Origin: the human T2T-CHM13v2.0 reference genome, Homo sapiens
Direction: 5' to 3'
Length of the DNA: 64,000 nucleotides
NCBI GenBank assembly: GCA_009914755.4
Contig: CP068257.2
Span: 13,152,001-13,216,000, forward strand
The notes under the pieces are model-generated. The model did not search any database, was not told the DNA's origin, and saw only the letters and a list, made by a program, of their open reading frames with translations. Numbering within the stretch: position 1 is the stretch's first letter; each line of letters starts with the position of its first letter. Below, piece after piece: positions 44,771 through 56,744 of the stretch. The position numbers and the translations under genes are program-made.

Positions 44771-45496
44771 GTGCTCCTCCGCCAGCGTGCTTCCCCGCCA
44801 GCATGGTCCCCGACAGGTGCTCCTCCGCCAGCGTGGTCCTCGGCTAGGTGCTCCTCTGCCAGCGTGCTCCCCCGCCAGATGCTCCTCTGCCAGCGGGGTC
44901 CTCAGTCAGGTGCTCCTCTGCCAGCGTGCTCCCCCGCCAGGTGCTCCTCTGCCAGCGTGATCCTCGGCCAGGTGCTCCTCCACCACTGTGCTCCCCCGCC
45001 AGCGTGCTCCTCTGTCAGGTGCTCCCCCGCCAGGTGCTCCTCTGCCAGCATGCTCCCCCGCCAGCATGCTCCTCTGCCAGGTGCTCCCCCACCAGGTGCT
45101 CCTCCTTCAGATGCTCCTCCAGCAGGTGCTCCCCCGCCAGCGTGCTCCTCCACCAGCGTGCTCCTCCTCCAGCGTGCTCCTCCACCAGGTGCTCCTCCAC
45201 CAGCGTGCTCCTCCACTGCTCCTCCGCCAGCGTGCTCATGCGCCAGGTGCTCCTTCGCCAGCGTGCTCCTCCGCCAGGTGCTCCTCCTCCAGGTGCTCCC
45301 CCACCAGCGTGCTCCTCCGCCAGGTGCTCCTCCACCAGCGTGCTCCTCCACTGCTCCTCCGCCAGCGTGCTCATCCGCCAGGTGCTCCTTTGCCAGCGTG
45401 CTCCTCCACTGCTCTTCTGCCAGCGTGCTCCTCCGCCAGGTGCTTCTCCGCTAGGTGCTCCTCTGCTAGGTGCTCCCCTGCTAGGTGCTCCCCTCG
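44771..45496. repeat. GC/CpG-rich minisatellite (VNTR-like): about 45 tandem copies of a 15-16-bp unit (GTGCTCCTCCGCCAGC alternating with GTGCTCCCCCGCCAG; about 31-bp higher-order period)
   Basis: Seen directly: gtgctcctccgccagcgtgcttccccgccagc...gtgctcctctgctaggtgctcccctgctaggtgctcccctcgacg. All six frames are open across it, which gives the ORFs 44679-45815. Confidence 0.95.
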
Positions 45497-46721
45497 ACGT
45501 CTTGTCCCCGTCCAGCTGCTTGTGTCTTCTTCCGCTGATGTGCTCCTCTCCACACCCGGCCGCCTGTGTGTCTGCCCGCTAGGGTCTCAGGTTTTTATAG
45601 GCTCAGGATGGGGGCATGGCAGGCCGGGGTGGTCTCGGAAAATGCAACATTTGGGTACAAAAGCAGGGGTGCCTGTCCTCACCCAGGTCCGTGGGAGTAG
45701 AGCCCTTGCCAGGGACCACACCGCACTTCCCTCTCCCCTTCAGTATCATTTAAAGGGACCATGGTCTTCCCTTCCCAGTACTACCATATCATTGTCTTTT
45801 CTTTACAATATTTAGATTAGCTGGAGAAAACACTTATGGGAAATAGTTATTTGGGTATTGTGACTTTTAGTTTGCGTTCTCTTGTTATAGATCCTTTTGC
45901 TCACAGGGATAGTCATTGTGCCCTGTTTGTCTTGTTTTGTGTCTTGAAAGCTTGGCTTGGATTTAGTAAGAGAGTTCTCTCTCTCTGGTTTTCTGCCTGC
46001 CAGGAGTACAGGTTGCCAAGTCTGTGCTAAGAGATGGCCAAACATCAGATTGGGATCCCAAGAATTTGTAGTTAGCTGGATAAAAATCTGGGTAGCCCGG
46101 GCATTCCATTTGTTGCTGGCATTCTATCCACCATTGCTAATTTTCAGCAGTTTCATCACAGAAAGACAGAGACTTAGAAGTGGTGTTTATAGAAGTGGCT
46201 TGAGAAACGACCTTAGATTCCAGGGGCTGTATGTTCTGCACCCTTTCTGGGAATGCCTCTTGTGTCCCCACTGTTAAGCCACAGAAAGTCTTACTACTTC
46301 TGAGTCGCATTTTGGAACAGGTATACCTTTGGAGATCCTAAATCATGAATGGCCAGATGACAGATCCTTTGATCTGAAAAAGCTTTTATATTTAAAAGGA
46401 TTTTTAGAGAGCTTCCCCCCTAAACAAATGACCTGTTTGTACCTATGGAAAAATCAAATTAAAAGAAGAAGAAGAGTATCATGGCTAGCCTAAAAGGATC
46501 CCTTGGCAAAATTAAATAGCAGAAATCACATTTACAACAAAAATTGAAATCCACACAGACCATAAACCCTTCCACTGACAGTTATTCTGTAGTTGTGCCA
46601 CAAGCCAGATGGCCCCCTGAAAAAAATTCTCCTCACCAACATAACAAATGGCCAGACCCTTTTCTAGGCCTTCCTGTAAATAATCAGAAGTTGGCTGATT
46701 TGGAGGCTGATATTCAGGGCC

Positions 46722-47069
46722 TGATATGGTTTGGTCCCCACTCAAATCTCAAGTTGAATTGAATATCCCAGAATTCCCACGTGTTTTGGGAGGGACCCAG
46801 AGGGAGGTAATTGAATCATGGGGGCCAGTTTTTCCCATGCCATTCTTGTGATAGTGAATAAGTCTCACAAGATCTGATAGTTTATCAGGGGTTTCTGCTT
46901 TTGCTTCTTCCTCATTTTCTCTTGCCACCACCATGTAAGAAGTACCTTTCACCTCCCGCCATGATTCTGAGGCCTCCCCAACCATGTGGAACTGTAAGTC
47001 CATTTAATCCTCTTTTTCTTCCCAGTCTTGGGTATGTCTTTATCAGCAGCATAAAAAAGGTCTGATACA
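46722..47069 (+). mobile_element. THE1/MST-class solo LTR with 5-bp TSD GGGCC
   Basis: tgatatggtttggtccccactcaaatctcaagttgaattgaatatcccagaattcccacgtgttttgggagggacccagagggaggtaattgaatcatggggg...ccatgtggaactgtaagtccatttaatcc...gggtatgtctttatcagcagcataaaaaaggtctgataca. gggcc at 46717-46721 and 47070-47074. Confidence 0.85.
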
Positions 47070-48384
47070 GGGCCTGATGGGAGTTATTTTAGAAGCCTTC
47101 CCTCTGAAGTCTGCTTGGACTAACATGGAACTATGTATTCCGAAGGAGGGTCTCATCCCAAAACCTGTGTCAAACAATTGGCACATAGCTCTAAATCCAG
47201 AAGCCCTAGAACATAGAAATCTTTTGATTTCTACCTTAGTTAGAAGTCTTCTTCCTTAGATGTAAAGAAACAATTAAAAAAAAAATCAGGTATAAGCCAC
47301 AAAGTGTTGTGTCTTTAACAAAAGAGACTGCCTCAGAGAACCTTAGAAAGGACTGTGACAGATACTGTGTGGTACAGGCTTCTGATGACATCACTTAAAT
47401 AACTTTAAGATTATACCACTGACCTAAGTAAAAGAAAATTCAGAACTTATGGAGATGCTGATAGGTCATAAAACCACTAACCCAAGATCAAGCAAAACAA
47501 GAATTACATGAAATTGAATGAACTGATGAAAAATGATTATCATTTTGCTTGTGACTCTTGCTCAAAATATTGCTAGCTGTTTAGTATTCTGTTTTCTGGA
47601 TATAAGGAATCCCTTTCCTTTTCTCTCCAGCTATCTAGAAATCAAAACAATTTAGTAGATTATATTCACAATAGCAAAGTCACAGAATCAACCTAAGTGT
47701 CTACCCTAAGTGGATGATTGAATAAAGAAAATATGTTATATATACACTATGAAATAGTATGCAGCCATATAAAAGAATGAAATCATGTCTATTGCAGCAA
47801 CATGGATGGAGATGTAGGCCATTATCCTAAGTGAAATAACTCAGAAACAGAAAATCAAATATTGTACATTCTCACGTATCAGTGGAAACTAAACAATGGG
47901 TACACATGAATGCACAGAAGGAAATAATAGACACTAGGAACTCCAAAAGTGAGGATGTTGGGAGAAGGCATGAGAAATGGAAAATTACCTGTTGGGTACA
48001 ATATTCATTATTCAGGTTCTGGGTACACTAGAAGCCCAAACCCCACCACTACACAATATATCTACGTAACAAACCTTCACATGTACCTCCTGAATTTAAA
48101 TTTATTTTTTTAATTTAGTAGATTAAACTTTGTCAACAAAAATAAAGCATTTATCTTTTTCTCTCTACCTAATCCTGTCAGAAATTGGAGGATACTTTTG
48201 AGTATTTTTATTTTTCTGTAAATATAGTTATTTGCATAAATTTAATAATAATCTGTTCTCCTTGTAATAGAATGTCTTTGTTTTGTGCTGCTGTAATAGA
48301 ATATCTGAGACTGAGTAAAAGCAAAAATTTATTTCCTCACATTTCAGGAGGCTGTGAAGTCCAAGATCAAGGTTCTATGTATTT

Positions 48385-48753
48385 GTTTGGTCTCACATTA
48401 CTATAAGGAAATACCCAAGATTGGGTAATTTGTAAAGGAAAGAGGTTTAATTGAATCACAGTTTATCATGGCTGGTGAGGCCTCAGGAAACTTACAATCA
48501 TGGTGGAAGGCAAAGGGGAAGGAAGGCACCTTCTTCATAAGGCAGCAGGAAGAAGTGCTGAGCAAAGGAGGAAAAGTCCCTTATAAAACCATCAGATAAG
48601 GAGAGAACTCACTCAGTATCACAAGAACAGCATGAAAGAAACCACACTCATGATTCAATTACCTACACCTGGTCTCTCCCTTGACACTTAGAGATTATGG
48701 GAAATATAATTCAAGATGAGATTTGAGTGGGGACACAAAGCCTAACCATATCA
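48385..48753 (-). mobile_element. THE1/MST-class LTR, minus strand (3' LTR of a minus-strand MaLR element)
   Basis: ...ctataaggaaatacccaagattgggtaatttgtaaaggaaagaggtttaattgaatcacagtttatcatggctggtgaggcctcaggaaacttacaatcatggtggaaggcaaagg...gatgagatttgagtggggacacaaagcctaaccatatca. Confidence 0.85.
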
Positions 48754-49935
48754 TTCCACTCCTGACCCTTCCCAAATCTCATGTTTCATTCACATTTCAA
48801 AACCAATTATGCCTTCCCAACAGTCCCCCAAAGTCTTAATTCATTCCAGCATTAACCCAAAAGTCCAAGTTTAAAGTCTCATCTGAGAAAAGGCAAGTCT
48901 CTTCCACCTATGAGACTGTAAAATCAAAGCAAGTTAGTTGCTTCCTAGATACAATGGGAGTAAAGGCATTGGGTAAATACACCCATTCCAAATGGGAGAA
49001 ATTGGCCAGAATGAAAGGGCTACAGGCCCCATGGAAGTCCAAAATCCAGCAACACAGTAATTAAAGCTTAAAGCTCTAAAATGATCTCCTTTGACTCCAT
49101 GTCTCACATCCAAGTCATGCTGATGCAAGAGGTGGGCTCCCATGATCTTGGGCAGCTCTGTCCCTGTGGCTTTACAGGTTACAGCCCCCCTCCCAGCTGC
49201 TAGTACAGGCTGACATTGAGTGTCTGCAGCTTCTCCAGGTGCATGATGCAAGCTGTCAGTGGATCTGCCATTCTGGGGTCTGGAGGATGGTGGCTGTCTT
49301 CTCACAGTTCCACTAGGCAGTGCCCCCATGGGGACTCTGTGTGGGAGCTCCCATCCCACATTTCCCTTCTGCACTGCGCTAGCAGAGGTACTCCACAAGG
49401 GCTCCACCCCTGTGGCACACCTCTGCCTTGACATCCAGACGTTTCCATGCATCCTCTGAAAAATATAGGTGGGGGTTCCCAAACCTCCAAATGGTGGCTT
49501 CCATGCAGAGTTGACTTCTGTGCACCCCCAGGCCCAACTCTGCATGGAAGCCACCAAGGCTTGGGGCTTGCACCCTCTGAAGCAATGACCTGAGCTCTAT
49601 GTTGGTCCCTTTTAGCCAGGGCTAGTACACAGAGCACCAAGTTCTAAGACTGCACAAAGAAGCAAGGCCCTGGGCCTGGCCCAGGAAACCATTTATTCTT
49701 CTTAGGCCTCTGGGCCTGTGATGGGAGGGGCTGCCATGAAGTCTTCTGACATGCCCCAGAGACATTTTCCCCATTGCCTTGGCAATTCACATTTGGCCCC
49801 TTGTTACTTATGCAAATTTCTGCAGCTGGCTTGACTTTCTCCCTAGAAAATGAGTTTTTCTTTTTTGTCACATCATCAGACTGCAAATGTTTTAATCTTT
49901 TATGCTCTGCTCCTCTTTTAAACAAGAAGGGAGCT
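48754..49935 (-). mobile_element. THE1/MST internal region (MaLR-int), minus strand. Non-coding ORF remnants
   Basis: Contiguous with the LTR above. A very similar segment at 63296-64000 again follows a minus-strand THE1 LTR (shared strings such as agtcccccaaagtcttaa.tcatt.cagcattaaccca.aagtcca, ggtcatgctgatgcaag.ggtgg, cccccctcccagctg). ORFs 48934-49557(-), 49302-49640(-) and 63688-63945(+) lie inside these. Confidence 0.7.
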
Positions 49936-50222
49936 GATTGGATCATGGGGGCATGAGATATGCTATTCTCATAATAATGAGTGAGTTCTCACAAGATCTG
50001 ATGATTTCATAAGTGTTTGAAGTTCCTTCTTCATTCTCTCTCCTGCCACCATGTGAAGAATTGAAGAAGGTTCTTGCTTCCCCTTTGCCTCCCACCATGA
50101 TTTTAAGTTCTCTAAGGCCTCCCCAGACATGTGGAACTGTGAGTCAATTAAAACTGTTTCCTGTATAAATTACCTAGTCTAGGACATTTCTTTATAGCAG
50201 TGTGAAAATGAACTACTGTTAC
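49936..50222 (+). mobile_element. THE1/MST-class LTR, 5'-truncated, plus strand (5' LTR position relative to the following segment)
   Basis: gggagctgattggatcatgggggcatgagatatgctattctcataataatgagtgagttctcacaagatctgatgatttcataag...ccatgtgaagaattgaag...gacatgtggaactgtgagtcaattaaaactgtttcctgtataaattacctagtctaggacatttctttatagcagtgtgaaaatgaactactgttaca. Confidence 0.75.
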
Positions 50223-50545
50223 ACACCTGCATACACATTATCATAAACTGTATTTCCCATATGTTCCTCCAAAATCCATTTGTCTTTCCTAAAGAAATTC
50301 ATGTTTTCTTCTCATAGAAGTCTTTTTATCTTCCTTCTCTTTTTAAACGAGGTACATAAACCTCTACCTTTAGCCATTTAGTGAGCCACTTCTTTTGTGC
50401 GCTCCCACATGCATATGAATCAACTTTCTGATTTTGTTTTCTCTTGCTAGTCTGTCTTTTGTCAGGTTAATCTGGGGGTCCCAACCACTGAACTTAAATA
50501 GGGAGAGGAAACTTTTACTTCCCAGACAATGGTTGAGCATTTAGT
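50223..50545 (+). repeat. Second copy of the unclassified repeat (paralog of 43790-44110). Position fits the 5' end of a MaLR internal region
   Basis: Immediately follows the LTR terminus ...tgttaca. See copy A for shared blocks. Confidence 0.4.
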
Positions 50546-51436
50546 TCTCAAAAAAAAGGCAGGGGACCAGCAGAATTAAAGAGAGCAAATAGATAATGAT
50601 GCCTGCTGAAGACAAAAAAGAAGTGGAACAAAGGAAAAATGTAGAAAGAGCAGAAGGTCAAGAGAAACATGGCATTCTTTAGTTGGTATTAAAACAAGCC
50701 TATAGACTAGACATTACATAAATAAATATGGCATAATAAAACTCAGTAAACTAAAGTCAACTCCTTATCTACATAGACCACTGAAAAAGTAAGAGTTGGA
50801 ATCAGAAGAACTTGTGTGACCCAAAACTATTTAGGAAATAGAATACTTATCTAATGGCTGTATTTAATTCCTTTCAAAAGGATAGAATGATAAAATTTAT
50901 TGTTTCCTACTGTTCCAACACGATCATTACAAAATTTTCTGTATAAACTGGAACTTTCAAATTTCATGCTCGAACTAAATCTGATATGAAGATGACTGTG
51001 GCCCCTTGGGAAGAATTATGATCCAACAATGAGAAGCCTTGGCCTTCATCTTTATGGTACATACATCATTCATTATAGATATCTATGTTTCATAATAGAC
51101 CTTGCCAGTATGAATTGTATTTCTAGCACTAGGCTGATAAAACTGACACCTCAGCCTTCCAAAGTGATATCTAAATATGGAATGCAGAGGCAATTATTGT
51201 GACCTATGGCTACAAACATAAACATTCCACATAACCCTCCACCACCACGACACCTACAAATGCACAAATTACCATGGATATGTCATTTCCTAAGGTTGAA
51301 TTATGGGCCAGCCTACCCACAGGACAAGAAGAAGCACCCTAAGATTAATTAATTTGCATAAATTCTGAGGTGTTTTCCTCCCAAAGTTTATGCCCACATT
51401 GGCCTTCCTGACTCACAGTTAAACCTCTCTTTGGGA

Positions 51437-52510
51437 TAAAATAAGGCATGGGCAAAGCCTTCATAACTAAAACACCAAAAGCAATGGCAACAAAAGCCAA
51501 AATTGACAAATGGAATCTAATTAAATAAAGAGCTTCTGCACAGCAAAAAAAACTATCATCAGAGTGAACAGGCAACCTACAGAATGAGAGAATTTTTTTG
51601 CAATCTATCCATCTGAAAAAGGGCTAATATCCAGAATCTACAAAGAGCTTATACAAATTTACAAGGAAAAAAAACCCATCAAAAGGTGGGTGAAGGATAT
51701 GAACAGACACTTCTCAAAAGAAGATATTTATGCAGCCAACAAACATATAAAAAAAGCTCATTTTCACTGGTCATTAAAGAAATGCAAATCAAAACCACAA
51801 TGAGATACCATCTCACACCAGTTAGAATGGCGATCATTAAAAAAGTCAGGAAACAACAGATGCTGGAGAGGATGTGGAGAAATAGGAATGCTTTTACACT
51901 GTTGGTGGAAGCGTAAATTAGTTCAACCATTGTGGAAGACAGTATGGCAATTCCTCAAGGATCTAGAGCCAGAAATACAATTTGACCCAGCAATCCCATT
52001 ACTGGGTATATACCCAAAGGATTATAAAACATTCTACTATAAAGACACATGCACATGTATGTTTACTGCAGCACTATTCACAATAGCAAAGACTTGGAAC
52101 CAACCAAAATGCCAATCAATGATACACTGGATAAAGAAAATGTGGCACATATATACCATGGAATACCATGCAGCCATAAAAAAGGATGAGTTCATGTCCT
52201 TTGCAGAGACATGGATGAAACTGGAAACCATCATCCCCAGCAAACTAACACAGGAACAGAAAGCCAAACACTGCATGTTCTCACTCACAAGTGGGAGTTG
52301 AACAATGAGAACACATGGACACAGGGAGGGGAATATCACACACCGGGGCCTGTCAGGGGGTGGGGGCCTAGGGGAGGGGTAGCATTAGGAGAAATACCTA
52401 ATGTAGATGATGGGTTGGGATGCAGCAAACACCATAGCTCATGTATACCTATGTAACAAACCTGCATGTTCTGCACATGTACCCCAGAACTTAAAGTACA
52501 ATTAAAAAAA
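51437..52510 (+). mobile_element. LINE-1 3' end (older L1PA/L1PB-like), 5'-truncated in ORF2, poly-A at 52503-52510
   Basis: ORF2 C-terminal similarity (..[16 protein letters not shown]..,..[25 protein letters not shown]..,..[43 protein letters not shown]..) and 3' UTR ...atacctaatgtagatgatgggttgggatgcagcaaacaccatagctcatgtatacctatgtaacaaacctgcatgttctgcacatgtaccccagaacttaaagtacaattaaaaaaaa. Confidence 0.9.
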
Positions 52511-52891
52511 ATACCTATCCTCAGATTGAATTATGCTGTAAATGTGAAAGAACCTGTCTCAGTGCTAGCTACATAGAACAACTTCAATAAATATTTGCTG
52601 AAAAAGTGAGCCATGCCTCCAAATAAACGCCCTAGACAATTACAGACAGAGCTAGCATATTACGACCACTTGATAACCACTGTTGATTGTACAATTATCT
52701 TTTCTACTCCTTCAAGCATATGGAGCAGCACAGAGCTTTGTCACCATTTTCTCCACTTATCCTGCCTAATTGCCTCATAAACTTTGCTCCATGAATAATC
52801 CTATATTAGTCTGGTATTTTCAATCACTTATTCTCCAGTGTCTTTCTCTCTCAGGCCAAAATATGGTTGGGGCTCTCACATACTTAAATGA

Positions 52892-53306
<415 letters not shown>

Positions 53307-54354
53307 ACTGAACTCATTTTAAACTGGCTTCTCCTTTACAACTACAAAAAATGTGGCAACTAAGGCTACTACAAGCTTCTTAGCTGCTCCTTTCAATAAA
53401 TGTGGTTCAAAATTCATATAACTTTATTTTTATTTTTGTTTAGTGATACTTGTCTTCCTGGAACTCACTTAGCTTCAATTACACAAAATCCTCCAAGTTT
53501 TCCTCTTTCTGATTTTTCTTTCTTAATCTGTTCTTCTAGTTCATTTTTCTCCTTTTCTTCATAATTCTTTCCTTGATTCCTTCCTTTTCTCAGTCTGCAT
53601 ATACTTTCCTTGAGTGATCTCAACCATCCTCACAGTTTTAATCTCACCTATGTCCCTAAATTTCTCTCTAACACTAGCTACTCTTCAGTCTTCCTATAAA
53701 ATATTTGCAGCTGTTCCTTGATAGGTACTCCACAGGAACTTCAAGCTCCACATGTTCAAAATGGAATGTTTCTTTAAATATTGTCATCCAGCAGTAATTT
53801 CAATTATGCTCATTACCAAACAATTCCCAAGATTTGTTCATTCTAAGTCATAAATATGTCTGGAATCTGTCTTTTCCCCTCAATCCCCACCACTCTCCCT
53901 GAGCTCATGTCTTGGACAGTTATGATACTGTAAATTTTATTCTCTTGGTTCCTCAATCTTCTCCTTGAATATGTCTCTCTGTTACTAACATAAGAACAAA
54001 ATAAAATCTTTTGCTTAGCTAATTCACTCAGACTTCTTCTAATCTTCTACCATGGCCACACGATTTATTCATTCATTCAAGAAATCTTTATTATAATTAC
54101 TTAATATGTGTTCTTGTAAATGGCAGAGATATAATGATGAATAAATGGTGGTCACTAAACTTGTGAAATTTACAACCTAGTAGAGAGGAAAAGCAAACAA
54201 AAAAGGTTACAAAAGTGGTAGATGCTATGTATTTAGGATATATATATTCAGTACAGCAGAGGCATTAGAGAATGAGTGGACGACTTTTCTGATTCTTAGG
54301 CCCACTGATGCCACACTGGACTCTTGAAAGAACAGAATGATGAGGAAGGGAAGA

Positions 54355-54925
54355 GTTTTTTTTCTCATCTTTTATTTTAGGCTCAGGGGATACATGTGCA
54401 GGTTTGTTACATGGGTATAATGTGTGTCATTGGAGTTTGGTATACAAATGATTTCATCACCCAGGTAGTGAGCATAGTACCTGATAGGTAGTTTTTTTAC
54501 CCTCACCATCCTCCCACCCTCAAGTAGGCCCTAGTGTCTATTGTTCTCATCTTTGTATCCATGTGTGCTCAATGTTTAGTTCCCACTTATAAGTGAGAAC
54601 ATGGGGTATGTGGTCTGCTGTTCTGCATTAATTTGCTTAGGATAATGGCCTCCAGCTTCATCCACGTTGCAGCAAGGACATTATTTCATTTTCTTTTGTG
54701 GTTGCATAGTATTCCATTGTGTATATGTACCACATTTTCTTCATAATCCACTATTGATGGGCATCTAGGTTAATCCCATGTCTTTGCGAATGTGAATAGT
54801 GCTGGCATGAACATATGGGTGCATGTGTCTTTCTGTTAGAGCGAGTTATATTCCTTTGGGTATATACCGGAAATCGGATTGCCAGGTCAATGGTAGATCT
54901 GTGTTAAGTTCTTTGAGAAACCCGA
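54355..54925 (-). mobile_element. LINE-1 3' end fragment (older L1PA/L1PB-like), minus strand
   Basis: Poly-T at 54355-54365 followed by the reverse complement of an L1 3' UTR/ORF2 end (...cacccaggtagtgagcatagtacctgataggtagtttttttaccctcaccatcctcccaccctcaagtaggccctagtgtctattgttctcatctttgtatccatgtgtgctcaatgtttagttcccacttataagtgagaacatggggtatgtggtctg...). Confidence 0.8.
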
Positions 54926-56390
54926 AAAGTGAGTTTTGAAAAGCCTTGTGCTCTAGATAAACCAAATTACTTAAGATTTCTTTTATTCTCTCTCTCCTTT
55001 AATATGTCGTATAACTACACATATTGCTCCTAATTAAAATGTCTCCTCTTTCAGACACCCAATTCACTCCTTCTAAGCCATCTCAAAAGTCATCTATCAT
55101 GCAGACCTTTTATGACTCTCCCAAAAACTAAATCATTCTCTTCTCTCTGATCCATAGCTTATTGGTAACTCTAATCTACACTGTAGTCATTTGCTTCCAC
55201 TTCAGTTATTTAGAGGGAGGAGTTATGTGTTTTCCATCTTCGCATCCTGATTTCTGGCAAATAACAACCAGAGTCTCCATTATCATCTGTTGAATGGTTA
55301 CAGCACACCAAGTGTTTGATGTACATTATCACTAATTTTCACAATAATCCTTAACTGTAAACATTATTATCATGCTTACATCTGACTAAGGGGCAGAGAG
55401 GCTGTGTTTACCTAGCTCAACACAGTTAGTAAGTGGTGAAGCTGAGTTTGAAATTTAGGTGTCAATCTCTCTCCAAAACCTATATATTCTTATTGATGAA
55501 CTACAGTATCATCCTAGTCGATAGTGAAGGAATGTTGAAAGGATAAATAGATAGATTCATGAATAAATCAGTGGTTGAGTACATGATCTTCTAGAGTTGA
55601 AATAATAAAATATTAGCACAAGCTCCATACCCATTAGCTTCTTCTCATATGTGAGATAATACTGAAACCCACAAAATTTTATTGTAGTCTTGCTGCGTAT
55701 ATCCTAATTGTCTGTCTTGATCTGCTTATGTCTTATATAGACATATACACAAAAATAATTGCTTTTTTAAATGAAAACTTCCATAAGATTCCACCTAGTA
55801 GAACATAAAATAATACAGCTGAACATATGTAATTACATTATGTAATTATGCTATGTAATGCCACATAAGGTATTATCAATAGATTAAGTGTTTTTGTCCA
55901 GATAGAAAACAATCTGATAAATAAAATGTGATTATTGCTGTCATTAGATATACTTTAGAAAGATATTTTCACTTGTTTCAGATCTTATACCTAATATCCT
56001 AAGTTATGTTGTAACTTCATCACATGTAATGTGTGATATATAAATACCCAAATAGGAATAGATCATATTTTGGTGTCATTTGGTGTTTATCTTGCCTGGA
56101 AATCCTAGAAACCAGAAACCAGAGGGTGACAGACAATTCTCAGTTTTGTGCATTTTGTATTAACTTTCATAAGCAAGTTCTATAATTTGCAACCTCATGA
56201 AGACAACAAAAAGTTGAGGCTGATTATGTCTACTAAATAGTTACCTTGGGCATACTTCTATAGTTAATGTCCAGTGAGATTTTAGTATTAACTTACTATG
56301 GCTTCCATATTCCTCAGCATACATTAAACTATGCTGCAGTAACACATCAACCCCTAATTCCAAGGATATGGTAGGTCAAATAATGATATC

Positions 56391-56744
56391 TGATATGACG
56401 TGGATGTTTGTCCCCTCCAAATTTCATGTTGAAGTTTGACCCCCAGTGTTGGAGGTGGGCCTAGTGGGAGATGTTCAGGTCATGGGAGCTGATACCTCAG
56501 GAATGGCTTGGTGTTGTCTTCATGGTAGTGAATGAGTTCTCACTCTACGAGTTCACGTGATGTACTGGCTCCCTCTTTGCCTTCCACCATGACTGTAAGC
56601 TTCCTGAGGCCTCACCACAAGCCAAACAGATGCACGTGCCATGCTTGCACAACCTACAGAAACATGAACCAAATAAAACCCTTTTCTTTATAAATTACCC
56701 AGTCTCAAGTATTCCTTTATAGCAATGCAGAATGGCTTAATATA
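56391..56744 (+). mobile_element. MST/THE1-class (ERVL-MaLR) LTR, plus strand
   Basis: tgatatgacgtggatgtttgtcccctccaaatttcatgttgaagtttgacccccagtgttggaggtgggcctagtgggagatgttcaggtcatgggagc...ccaccatgactgtaagcttcctgaggcctcacc...aataaaacccttttctttataaattacccagtctcaagtattcctttatagcaatgcagaatggcttaatata. Confidence 0.75.

Noticed and set aside
44771-45496. Possibility that the regular short repeats are a CRISPR array
   Set aside because: The units are contiguous with no unique spacers. The sequence context is primate nuclear DNA full of Alu and L1, and there are no cas genes. This is a eukaryotic minisatellite.
44679-45815. Seven overlapping ORFs of 93-275 aa on both strands (Pro/Ala/Ser/Cys-rich; Glu/His/Gly/Ala-rich) that look like a dense coding cluster
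   Set aside because: They coincide exactly with the 15/16-bp GC-rich minisatellite. Every frame is open because the unit has no stop codon and its period is not a multiple of three. The translations are low-complexity with no conserved frame, so this is an artifact and not a gene.
43790-47069. SVA-like or LTR-VNTR-LTR composite retroelement hypothesis for the minisatellite region
   Set aside because: There is no CCCTCT hexamer, Alu-like or SINE-R component. The downstream THE1 LTR has its own intact 5-bp TSD (solo LTR), and no LTR lies upstream of 43790.
51295-52540. ttgaattatg motif at 51297-51306 and again at 52527-52536 as a possible TSD for the L1 at 51437-52510
   Set aside because: The upstream copy is about 130 bp from the L1 start, and the intervening sequence is not L1-like enough to extend the element. 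The match is therefore probably coincidental.
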